Of a stretch of DNA of 64,000 nucleotides, positions 52,756-61,622 are shown piece by piece; within the stretch, counting starts at the first letter, position 1, and every line of letters starts with the position of its first letter. The stretch comes from Kiritimatiellia bacterium (GTDB lineage Bacteria > Verrucomicrobiota > Kiritimatiellia > JAFGHX01), in NCBI GenBank assembly GCA_016929905.1, contig JAFGHX010000010.1:5835-69834 (forward strand). The letters run 5' to 3'. The position numbers and the translations under genes were made by a program. The notes beneath the pieces were generated by a model that saw only the letters and a list, made by a program, of their open reading frames with translations, was not told the DNA's origin and ran no database searches.

Positions 52756-54200
52756 TCCGATTCCGCCTTGTGCAGGGTGCGGTCGGGCGCTTTGAGTTCC
52801 TGCGGGTATTCGATGAGAGTACCCAGCGCGCGCAACAGGCGATAGCCGGCCAGAGAGGCCTCGGCGCGGGCCGAAAGCGCGCGGTTCTGGGCGAGCACGT
52901 AGGCCTGTTCGGCGTCGGTGACGGCGAAGTTATCGCCGCGTCCCAGCTTGAACAGGCGCCTGGCCAGCCGGGCCCGCCCTTCGGCGAGCGTCTCGTTTCG
53001 TTCGGCGGTGCCGATATCGGTTGTGGCGCGGCGGTAGGCGGCCAGCGCCTCCTGCACCTGGCGCGTGATCGTCAGTGCGGTGAGCGATACCGTCTCCTTG
53101 GCCGCCCACTCGCCGATCTCCGCCTGCGCCACGGAGACGCGGTCACGGGCCGGGTTGAAATCCCGGCCGGCAGCCAGCCCGACGAACCAGCCCTCCTGGT
53201 CCAGCCGTCCCGCATCGGAGACATCTTCGCCCTCTCCGTACCGCTCGTAGCGGGTGGTAAGCCCGACGTCCGGGTACAGGTCACGTGCGGCGATACGCAG
53301 CCGGCGCCGGCTGTCCTCGTGGTCTGCGAGGGCCTGCGCGTAGTCCAGCCGGTTCGCCAGCGCGACCGCCACGGCCTCTTCGACGGGCGGAAGCCGCATG
53401 TCGAGCAACGGCGGCGGCACGAGCGCAAAGACCGTGTTGAGGGGGACTCCGAGCTGTTCGGCCAAATTGCGGCGGGTCGTGTTGAGCATTTCGCGGCTGC
53501 TCTCCAACGCGAGTGCGGCCTGGCCGCGCTGCAACTCGACGCGCAGCGTGTCCACGCGCGTGGTGTGCCCCTGCCGCTCGCGCGCGCGGGTCAACCGGTA
53601 GAGTCTGTCCGCCCGCTGCAGGAAGCTCTCTTCCGCCGTGATCTGACGTTCCAGTCGGATGACGGCCTCGTAGGTCGACACGACGTCCACGACGAGGTCC
53701 GCCTTCTGCTGCTCGTAGCGCCGGCGCGCCTCCTGCAGCGCGCTGCCCGCCTGGGCGATGGGCTCCCGATGCACCAAGGGCCCGAACCGTCGGAACAGGG
53801 GCTGGTACACCTCGACATCCAGGCTGGCGCGGTGCAATGCGGTGTCCTCGTCCAATTCCGTGCCCAACACGCGCGCGCCGAGCTGAACGTCGGTCCCCCA
53901 CCCGAGCCGCTTCACGGCCCGCAGCCCGTAGTCCCATATGCCGTTGTCGTCCCCGATTCCCAGGCTTGTGTTCGGAATCACGCGCACGGCAAACGCCGCG
54001 CGCGCCGCGTCCACGTCCAATTTCCGGGATTGGACCAGTTTTGCCGCACGCGCCAGGTGCCGATTCCGCTTCAGCGCACGGCTGATCGCCGACGACACGT
54101 CGAGCCGCTCCGGCTCCGCCGCCGGGTCCGCCGCAAACACGCACGGAATCAGGGCGCAAACGACGAGACCGGCACAGACGCCTGTTCGTGAAGGATGCAT
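52752..54200 (-). CDS. TolC-family outer membrane channel
   Basis: 482 aa with signal peptide and two repeated coiled-coil/beta segments typical of the TolC/OprM family. First gene of the 4-gene pump operon. Confidence 0.85.
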   Translation of the reverse strand: MHPSRTGVCAGLVVCALIPCVFAADPAAEPERLDVSSAISRALKRNRHLARAAKLVQSRKLDVDAARAAFAVRVIPNTSLGIGDDNGIWDYGLRAVKRLGWGTDVQLGARVLGTELDEDTALHRASLDVEVYQPLFRRFGPLVHREPIAQAGSALQEARRRYEQQKADLVVDVVSTYEAVIRLERQITAEESFLQRADRLYRLTRARERQGHTTRVDTLRVELQRGQAALALESSREMLNTTRRNLAEQLGVPLNTVFALVPPPLLDMRLPPVEEAVAVALANRLDYAQALADHEDSRRRLRIAARDLYPDVGLTTRYERYGEGEDVSDAGRLDQEGWFVGLAAGRDFNPARDRVSVAQAEIGEWAAKETVSLTALTITRQVQEALAAYRRATTDIGTAERNETLAEGRARLARRLFKLGRGDNFAVTDAEQAYVLAQNRALSARAEASLAGYRLLRALGTLIEYPQELKAPDRTLHKAESE

Positions 54201-54460
54201 CGCCTCAGGTAAACCGCAGAAAGGGGACAGCTTGTCACGATCCGGCGGCGTGTGTCAAGAGCGGCGACCCAACCGCCCGTCTTCCGGTTGCGGCTTCTTC
54301 GGGCGGTCTCCCGGCCACCGTCAACATATTGTGTATTTTTTTGTTGACGGCCCGGCATCAATCCCCTAAAAGCTGTTGGGATATTGGCGTATTGCTGCGC
54401 AGGTCGGTGTGCCCGGTCTGCCGCCAGGTTTAGCAGTGCGGCAAACGGTTGAGGAGGAGC

Positions 54461-55147
54461 ATGAAAAGCAAGTCTCTGATCTGGACGTGCGTCGCGGCAT
54501 TCCTTCTGTACGCGCTGCAAGTCTCCTTCATGCCGAGCTTTGGCTTCCAGGGGGACAGCGGCGAGGCCATCACCGTCGGCGGGGACGCAGGCGAACCGAT
54601 TACGGAGCAGGCGCCCGGCAAACAGAAGAAGCCGATCTGGCCGTGGATTCTGGGCGCGGTCGGCGCGCTGCTGCTGCTTGGCGGCGGGTTCCTGATTTCG
54701 CAGCAGGTGGCGGATGCCAAGGATTCGGCGGACGACGCGGCGGCGGCGGCCGAAGCGGCCGAGGCGGCGGCGGAGGAAGCGGCGGCCGAAGAAGAGCCGG
54801 AATACAAGTACGAGGCCTTCGTGACGGGTCAGTTCGTCGGGACGAGCACGACCTATCACGGCGGACCGGCCTTCACGCCGATGATCGAGTTCAGTGTTGG
54901 CCAGCAGGGCACGTTCCCCGGCGGGATCGTCGATTACACCTCCAGCGCCGGCTTGGCCGGCGGGCTGGGCGGCGACTGGGAACAGGTGAGCGACAACGGC
55001 ATCATTATCCGCGTCGACGACGGGTTCTATCTGGGCAAAGCCGTCATCATGGGCGGGGACAAGATCAAGCTGGCGAACGGCCATGTGCTGTACGCTCAGC
55101 CCGGCGCCTCAGCCTATCTGATGAAGAACCAGACGTCGTCGGACTAG
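54461..55147 (+). CDS. Hypothetical membrane-anchored protein
   Basis: ATG 54461 after GAGGAGGAG. N-terminal hydrophobic segment, second TM PIWPWILGAVGALLLLGGGFLI, acidic Ala/Glu linker, about 110-aa C-terminal domain. No family assigned. Confidence 0.55.
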   Translation: MKSKSLIWTCVAAFLLYALQVSFMPSFGFQGDSGEAITVGGDAGEPITEQAPGKQKKPIWPWILGAVGALLLLGGGFLISQQVADAKDSADDAAAAAEAAEAAAEEAAAEEEPEYKYEAFVTGQFVGTSTTYHGGPAFTPMIEFSVGQQGTFPGGIVDYTSSAGLAGGLGGDWEQVSDNGIIIRVDDGFYLGKAVIMGGDKIKLANGHVLYAQPGASAYLMKNQTSSD

Positions 55148-55388
55148 CCCTCAAACAACTGAGGACTCCCGCCGCGAGCGCGGACAGGCCGGGCGCGAAG
55201 GGCCTTTGTGGACTTTGCCGCTCACCGGTCTTTCAATACATGTGAACCGTCTCACGCTTGTGCGCGTGCGCAGCGGCGTGCGTGCCTCCACTCTGTTGAG
55301 CGGATCGTTCCGGCCTTTCTTCTCTTGACACCCGGCACCCGGCACCCGACACTCAGCGGGAGTCCGTGCAGCAAAGGAGATTCGCGCG

Positions 55389-57269
55389 ATGAACGCAAGG
55401 TTATCCGCAGTAGGTTTCCGTGTCGCTGCCTGGTTCGTCCTGGCCGCCCTGTCGATCGGGACGTTGGCGTTCGGCCAGGCCGGCGCCGATATGCCGGCCG
55501 GTCTGACGGCGAGCACCGGCGGGCTACGCGAGGTGAAGATCACGTGGAGCCGACCGGATCGCACGGTACGCGAGTACCGGATCGACCGTTCCGAGTCGGC
55601 GCAGGGCCCGTTCATCACGATCGCCACCGTCCGCGCACGCGACGAGGAATACGTGGACACGGGCAGTTCGGACCTTCCGCTCAAGGATGCGACCCCCTAT
55701 CACTACCGCGTCACGCCGGTCCTGCGCGACGGGTCCGTGAGTGCCTATTCCCAGACCGTGCGCGGCGCCACGGCGCCGCCGCCGGAGCCGCCGACCTTCC
55801 TGCATGCCGAAGCGCACTATTCGCGCGGCGTACGGTTGAAATGGAACAAGTCGTCCTCGCCCGGCATCAAGGTGTACGTGCTCGAGCGCACGGCGGCCTC
55901 TGCGCCGACCGCATTTGTGGAGATCGGGCAGACGGCGGGCACGCAATACGAGGACGGCGGCACGTCGGAATCCGAGCTGCATGACAGCACCGAGTACCTG
56001 TACCGGATCATGGCGGTGAACCGTGTAAACGCGCGAAGCCGGGCGGCGTCGTTCAAGACGGTCAAGACACTGCCGCCGCCGGAGCCGGTGCGCGGGCTGC
56101 AGGGCAAGGCGGCCGAGATCCGCTGCGTACCGCTGAGTTGGGCGCCGAGCCCGGAGCTGAACGTCGTGCGCTACGAAATCCACCGTGCGGAGACGGAGAC
56201 CGGGCAGCCGGTCAAGGTCGGTGCGGTTGACGGGCGTGCGAACGCGGCCTTTCTGGACGGGCGCACGAACCCCGGCAATCTGGAGGACGACGCCACGTAC
56301 TACTATCGGATCCGCGCCATCAACGATGTCGGCTCAGAAAGCGCCTTCTCCGACACGGTGAAGGTCATCACGCGGGCGGTCCCGCCGGCCGTACAGAACG
56401 TGACGGGCGTGGAGCACCAGCCGCGCCGCGTGCCGCTGTCCTGGGAGCATTCGCCGGACGCATTGGTGATTGGCTACGAGGTCTGGCGCGCGCGCGCGGG
56501 GGAAGACCCTGCGCAGGTTGCGCGCGTCGCCGGGCGGCTGACGACGAACTATCTCGACCGCGGCCACGTGGACGACCCGGGCGATCTCGGCCGGCTCGCC
56601 GACGACACCGACTACACTTACCGGCTGGTTGCCTTCAATCTCGGCTACGTCCGCGCCTCGGCATCGCAGCCCGTCACGATCCACACGAAGCCGCGGCCCG
56701 CGACGCCGGCAGGCCTGTACGCGACGACCGATCTGCCGCACGCGGTGAAGATCACCTGGAAGACGAACCCGGAACCCGACATCACTGCCTACGTCGTGGA
56801 GGCCGGCAAAGACAAAGACAGCCTGGATCTCCTTGCGCGGATACCGGGCCGCACGAATACCGTGACCATGGCCGCGCGCGAAGGCAGACTGGACAGCGGG
56901 GTGACGCGTTACTACCGCGTGAAAGCCGTGGACAGGGACCGGCTCGAAAGCAACTGGACCGACGCGGTCAAGGGTGTGGCCAAACCCATTCCCGACCCGC
57001 CGCTGAACCTGCGCGTTTCGGGCGTCGACGGCGGGGTGCGCGTACACTGGAACCCGCCCGCCCAACCCGACATCCGCGAGTATGCGGTCTGGAAGAAGAA
57101 GACGTTTGCCTGGGAGCTGTTCGGAACCACGTACACGCCCGACTTCGTCTTCCTGGAGCCGGACCTGGACAAGCCGATCATCGTATGCGTCACCGCCATC
57201 GACGCGGACGAGCTCGAGAGCGAGAAGAGCCAGCCGATGGAAGTGCGGTTCACGCGGATCGAGCGCTAG
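55389..57269 (+). CDS. Secreted protein with about six fibronectin type III domains
   Basis: Signal peptide. Repeated about 95-aa units with P.P..L.A......V.L.W......V..Y.V.R and Y.Y.V.A.. patterns. RBS AAGGAG. Confidence 0.8.
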   Translation: MNARLSAVGFRVAAWFVLAALSIGTLAFGQAGADMPAGLTASTGGLREVKITWSRPDRTVREYRIDRSESAQGPFITIATVRARDEEYVDTGSSDLPLKDATPYHYRVTPVLRDGSVSAYSQTVRGATAPPPEPPTFLHAEAHYSRGVRLKWNKSSSPGIKVYVLERTAASAPTAFVEIGQTAGTQYEDGGTSESELHDSTEYLYRIMAVNRVNARSRAASFKTVKTLPPPEPVRGLQGKAAEIRCVPLSWAPSPELNVVRYEIHRAETETGQPVKVGAVDGRANAAFLDGRTNPGNLEDDATYYYRIRAINDVGSESAFSDTVKVITRAVPPAVQNVTGVEHQPRRVPLSWEHSPDALVIGYEVWRARAGEDPAQVARVAGRLTTNYLDRGHVDDPGDLGRLADDTDYTYRLVAFNLGYVRASASQPVTIHTKPRPATPAGLYATTDLPHAVKITWKTNPEPDITAYVVEAGKDKDSLDLLARIPGRTNTVTMAAREGRLDSGVTRYYRVKAVDRDRLESNWTDAVKGVAKPIPDPPLNLRVSGVDGGVRVHWNPPAQPDIREYAVWKKKTFAWELFGTTYTPDFVFLEPDLDKPIIVCVTAIDADELESEKSQPMEVRFTRIER

Positions 57270-57342
57270 CCTGGTCAAGACGCATGATGGGTGCCCACGC
57301 CACGGCTCGCGAGGCGAGGCCGTCTCAAGACCGGGGAACAGC

Positions 57343-57411
57343 CCTTACGGGCTTGACTACAAACGGCAGAGACCACCACCAGATATGCTGTTTGTAGTTA
57401 ACGCCGTAAGG
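57343..57411. other. Long imperfect hairpin in the convergent gap
   Basis: CCTTACGGGCTTGACTACAAACGGCAG pairs with CTGTTTGTAGTTAACGCCGTAAGG; loop of about 18 nt. Confidence 0.4.
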
Positions 57412-57582
57412 CGTGTGGCAACGTGCCAGTCGGGTTTTCAGACAGAGTCAGGCCGCTCGCCCTCCATTCCCCTTGCGAGATCGATCGTGGCTGCGAGCGG
57501 GCGAGAGCTGCCTCTGCCTCTCGCGTTCCTTTCGCGCGCATTCGCGGGCGGAACACGGGGGTTGAACACGTGCGAGCAGCGC

Positions 57583-60500
57583 TCAACGCCCCCAGCGCGA
57601 CTTCTTGCCGGACTCCTTCTGAAGGAGGACATCGACGGTTTTCGTCTGGCCGGCGCGCACGCGGTAGTGCTGCTCGTGCGGCTTGTAGCCGTCCAACTCG
57701 ATCCGGACCTTGTGGTTAACCTGCGCGCTGACCTGCACGGTGTTGCCCTCGATCAGCGTCCCGTCGACGTAGATGTCGGCGCCGCCCGGTGTGGTCGTGA
57801 TCTGAAGCGTGCCCGTCTGCTCCGCGGCGGCGGCGGCCGCGGCCGCGTCCCGTTCGCGCTGCGCCTGTTGTTCCTGTTGCAGCCTCGCGCGGTCGGCGCC
57901 CGTCTTCTTGAGCCGGGCCTGTTTAGCGAGCCGTTCGGTTTTCGTCACCAGCGTCGCCAGATCCGCCCTGCCGTACCGGTCCGACGCCTGGGTCACGACG
58001 CTCTTGAGCGCCTTGAGATGAACGTCGCCGTCCTGAACGCGCAGCGCCTCGTACGCTTCCGCCGCCTTGCGGTGAACCGCATCGGCCAACGCGGCGTATT
58101 TTTCCGATATGGCCTTTTCCACACGGCTCGCCTCGTCCGCGGGCGGCGGGTCGACCCCGTTCTCCCATTGCTCGAACTCGTTGACGACGAGGAGCAATCC
58201 CGCAGCCGTCTCCGCCCCGGAAACCTTGGCGAGCAGATCCGTCCGCTGCCGGGCGAACCGCCCGCTGTCCGTCGCCTCCGTGCGCGGGTCCGGCGCCGCC
58301 GGCTCCCGTTCCGGCACGCGCGGGTCCGGCGGCTGGGCCGCCTGTGGCGAGAGAACCTGCTCGGGCGGCGCGGGTTCTCTCGCAACCGCAGGCACCCCCG
58401 ATTCGGCCCAGACGCGCGTGACGGTCGGGCTTCCGGGCAGTCCTTCCCGCAGGATCTGCGCGGCGCACTCGGCGCGCTGGTGCTCGCCCGCAGCCTCTTC
58501 GTACTGCCTGCCCAACGCGCGCAAGGCGGTCAGATGCGCGGCGAATGCCGCCGCGGCCCAATCGCGGAGCCCCCTGCCCGCCAGGAGCAGTTTGTCGGGC
58601 GCTTCGGCCAACTGCATGGCGATGCCGGCGGCGATGAGCGCCTCGCGTCCTCTGGCGCGCTCCGCGCGCGCCAGCATGTCTGCGACGACCCGGTCGCGCA
58701 GCTCGATCTGTTTGCGGTAATCCGCCAACGCGGCGGCCAGCTCGCCGCGCTGCCAGTCGGCGTCTTTGTGCGCATCCATGAATTGGATCGCGCTGTTCAC
58801 GCGGGCGAAATACTCTTTCGACTGCGGGACGAGGGGGCGGAACGGCGTCTTGAGCGGGCGCAGCTGCGTCCTGCCCGAAAGCTCCATGTAGAACCCGAAG
58901 AAATCCTCAATGCCGAGGTAGCGGTCGTATTCGCCTGCAGGTTCCCGGCGCGCAGCCGGCGGCGGCGGCCTGCTGAGGCTGTCGCAGGCGAACACGTTCT
59001 CGAGCGTGGCCGGCGCCTGCCACATCGCGACCTGCTCCGGCCGCAGGAGCCCCTTGGGGCTGAGTGCGGAGATCCGCTCCAGCTCGGTCACGGCCTGAAG
59101 CAGCGAGGCGTGCCGGTTCTGGATGTTCGTCCTGGCCTCGGCCACGCGCGGGTCTTTCGCGCACAATTCGGGCGAGGGCAGGCTGAGTTGGATACGCCGT
59201 GCGTCGTGCAGGGCGACCTCACTGAGGGCCTGGACGGCGGCGCGATACTGCGCCAGGGCAGCGGCAATGGCCTTGACCGGGCCGAGCAGTTCCCCGGCCC
59301 GCTGCTTCATCGCGCCCGCGCCGTGTTCGGCCATCTGCGCCAGGAACGTGACGGCCTGCTCGGCTTCCGGCGGCCATGCGAGCAACCCGTCAAGCCGCGC
59401 GAACTGCTTACTCTCGTCCACGAGGTCCGCGAGGCTGGAGCGGACGCGGGTCGCCGCGTCGAGCAGGGCGGCCAGGTAGGCAGGCGGCTCGGCGCCACAC
59501 CGCTCGACGGCGTTGCGCAGGGCGGCGGTTCGTTTCCCGACCTCTTCGGAGGAAAGGTAGCCGCGCCCCACGGCGTCTCTGGCCGCCAGATACGCGCTCA
59601 GCAGCGCCCCCGCCCCGCCCGCCTCCGCAGGCAAGGTCTCACGCGCCTCCTCGTCCCAGCCCCAGGCCCGCGGGTCCTTTGCGGCGAGCTGTTTGAACAG
59701 CCCAGCGGCCACGTCCCAATCCCCGCGTGCGAGCGAGTCCACCGCGCCCTGCCAGGCCTTGGCCGTCGCGTCCCACACCTGCACGTCGTGCAACAGCGCC
59801 TCGCGCGCGGCGCGGTGCGACTCCGCGCGCCGCGCGTGCTCCGCACGGCCGAGCGCCGCACGCGCATCGTCGAACCGCCCGGCAGCCGCTGCGTGGCGTG
59901 CCCGCCCGATCAGCCGCTCGGCGGGCGGGTTGCAGGCGCGCAAGACGAGCACAAGCAGGACCAGCAGTGCGGCCGCTGCGCCGCCGGCGACGTAGAGGTT
60001 CTTCCGGCCGCCAAGCCCCGTACCGTCGTCGAACAGCAGCGTGTAGTGCGCGACCCGCACGCGATCGCCTTTGTTCAGCTCGGCCTCTTCACCCTCGGCG
60101 AGCACGTGCCCGTTCACCGCGGTCTTGTTCGTGCTGCCCAGGTCCCGAATACGGCATCGGCCGTCGGGCGCAACGTTGATCTCCGCGTGCCGGCGCGAGA
60201 CCAGGGAATCGGGTACCGAGAGCGATAGACCGGGATCGGATCCGATCACGAACGGCGAACCGGCCACCACAAACTTGCGCCCCCGCAAGGCGCCCGTCTG
60301 CCCGATGAGCTGCGGTGGCGGGCGGCCGGGCAGCTGTGTCGACACCGGCGGTTGCGAGACCGAGGACGGCGCGGCCTCCTCGCCCACGATCAGGGAGCAG
60401 CCGCCGATCTCGATGCGGTCGCCCGCCTGCAACGCCCGCTTCGTGATCCTCTCGCCCGCGAAGAACGTTCCGTTCTTGCTGCCCAGATCCTTGATGAACA

Positions 60501-60669
60501 ACTGCTCACCTTCCCGGAAGATGCTGGCATGCTGGCCGCTGACCTTGCGCTCTTCCTTCGGCGTCTGCCAGTCGCACTGAGCGCTGCGCCCGATGATCAA
60601 CTCGCCCGGCATGGACTCGGCCGCGATCTCGTACAGCTTCTTCCCGTCCCGTTCAAAACGCAGTTTCAT
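57583..60669 (-). CDS. Double-FHA, single-pass membrane protein with about 700-aa helical region and C-terminal PEGA domain
   Basis: ATG 60669. FHA1 LIIGRSAQCDW..VSGQHASIFREGEQLFIKDLGSKNGTF. FHA2 FVIGSDPGLSL..VSRRHAEINVAPDGRCRIRDLGSTNKTAVNG. TM LYVAGGAAAALLVLLVLVL. PEGA-like GTLQITTTPGGADIYVDGTLIEG...IELDGYKPHE. Confidence 0.85.
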   Translation of the reverse strand: MKLRFERDGKKLYEIAAESMPGELIIGRSAQCDWQTPKEERKVSGQHASIFREGEQLFIKDLGSKNGTFFAGERITKRALQAGDRIEIGGCSLIVGEEAAPSSVSQPPVSTQLPGRPPPQLIGQTGALRGRKFVVAGSPFVIGSDPGLSLSVPDSLVSRRHAEINVAPDGRCRIRDLGSTNKTAVNGHVLAEGEEAELNKGDRVRVAHYTLLFDDGTGLGGRKNLYVAGGAAAALLVLLVLVLRACNPPAERLIGRARHAAAAGRFDDARAALGRAEHARRAESHRAAREALLHDVQVWDATAKAWQGAVDSLARGDWDVAAGLFKQLAAKDPRAWGWDEEARETLPAEAGGAGALLSAYLAARDAVGRGYLSSEEVGKRTAALRNAVERCGAEPPAYLAALLDAATRVRSSLADLVDESKQFARLDGLLAWPPEAEQAVTFLAQMAEHGAGAMKQRAGELLGPVKAIAAALAQYRAAVQALSEVALHDARRIQLSLPSPELCAKDPRVAEARTNIQNRHASLLQAVTELERISALSPKGLLRPEQVAMWQAPATLENVFACDSLSRPPPPAARREPAGEYDRYLGIEDFFGFYMELSGRTQLRPLKTPFRPLVPQSKEYFARVNSAIQFMDAHKDADWQRGELAAALADYRKQIELRDRVVADMLARAERARGREALIAAGIAMQLAEAPDKLLLAGRGLRDWAAAAFAAHLTALRALGRQYEEAAGEHQRAECAAQILREGLPGSPTVTRVWAESGVPAVAREPAPPEQVLSPQAAQPPDPRVPEREPAAPDPRTEATDSGRFARQRTDLLAKVSGAETAAGLLLVVNEFEQWENGVDPPPADEASRVEKAISEKYAALADAVHRKAAEAYEALRVQDGDVHLKALKSVVTQASDRYGRADLATLVTKTERLAKQARLKKTGADRARLQQEQQAQRERDAAAAAAAAEQTGTLQITTTPGGADIYVDGTLIEGNTVQVSAQVNHKVRIELDGYKPHEQHYRVRAGQTKTVDVLLQKESGKKSRWGR

Positions 60670-60758
60670 GCCGCCTGCTCCAACACGCCGCATCCTGCGG
60701 GGTGCTACTGAACCCACTCCACTACTTCCTCGCGAACCTGGCGGAACCCCACTTTGCC

Positions 60759-61616
60759 CTACAGCAGGACCCAAAGCAGAACGATCATCACGAGGACGCC
60801 CAACGCGATCCCGCCGATGAGCAACCCCTTTCGGATCATGGCCTTGCGTTTCTGCACGCGGCCGAGATACTCCACCAGTTCCGGGCTGACCATACGCGTA
60901 TGGGGGCCTTGCGCACCGTCCGGCGTCTCACCGGCGGGTTCGGGCACCGCGGCGCCCGCCCTTGGCGGCTCGAGATAGCCGACAAGCTGCGTATAGCCCG
61001 ACACGCGCTCCATCACGTGCGCGTCGCGGCCGTCGGGCAGGGCCTCGAACGCGATCTGCTCCGGATCGAAGGCCGGGTCGGCCAGGACGTGGACCTGCAC
61101 CGTTTCGGGCTCATCCAAAGCCAGCCGCTTCGCGGCCGGCGTCGCCTGGGCCGGGACCACAAACTCGTGCGCCGCATCCGTCACGGTCTCGCGCGGTGCG
61201 CCCTCGGCGGCCGCACCGGCCGCGACGGGAGCGACACGCCGCGTGAGCGCGTCGTCCGCGACGAGAGCGGCGGCCACCTTGCCCGCGGAATCGGAGGTAG
61301 CGGGTTCCTCGTCGAACACCGTTTCTTCAATTTCCTGAAACAGCAGGATCGTCTCGCGCCCCAGTGCGAGCCGGTGGCCGTCCTCCAGCGCAGCGGGCGC
61401 GTTGAGCGGCTTGCCGTTCAGCAACGTGCCGCGCTGGCTCAGGTTCTCGACGACGGCGGTACTGCCGGAGACGGAGATCATCACGTGCTTACGCGAGACG
61501 TCCGAATCCGTCAACCGCAGGTTCGCGGCCAGCGAACGGCCGATCAGGTTGTTCCCCTCACTCAAGGTGAACACCTCGCCCTGCGGCCCGCCCTTCTCTA
61601 CGCATATCTGCAGCAT
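60759..61616 (-). CDS. FHA-domain protein with C-terminal membrane anchor (Fha/TagH-like)
   Basis: NLIGRSLAANLRLTDSDVSRKHVMISVSGSTAVVENLSQRGTLLNGKPL; C-terminal TM LLIGGIALGVLVMIVLLWVLL. Directly downstream of tagF. Confidence 0.85.
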   Translation of the reverse strand: MLQICVEKGGPQGEVFTLSEGNNLIGRSLAANLRLTDSDVSRKHVMISVSGSTAVVENLSQRGTLLNGKPLNAPAALEDGHRLALGRETILLFQEIEETVFDEEPATSDSAGKVAAALVADDALTRRVAPVAAGAAAEGAPRETVTDAAHEFVVPAQATPAAKRLALDEPETVQVHVLADPAFDPEQIAFEALPDGRDAHVMERVSGYTQLVGYLEPPRAGAAVPEPAGETPDGAQGPHTRMVSPELVEYLGRVQKRKAMIRKGLLIGGIALGVLVMIVLLWVLL

Positions 61617-61622
61617 GCGCGC

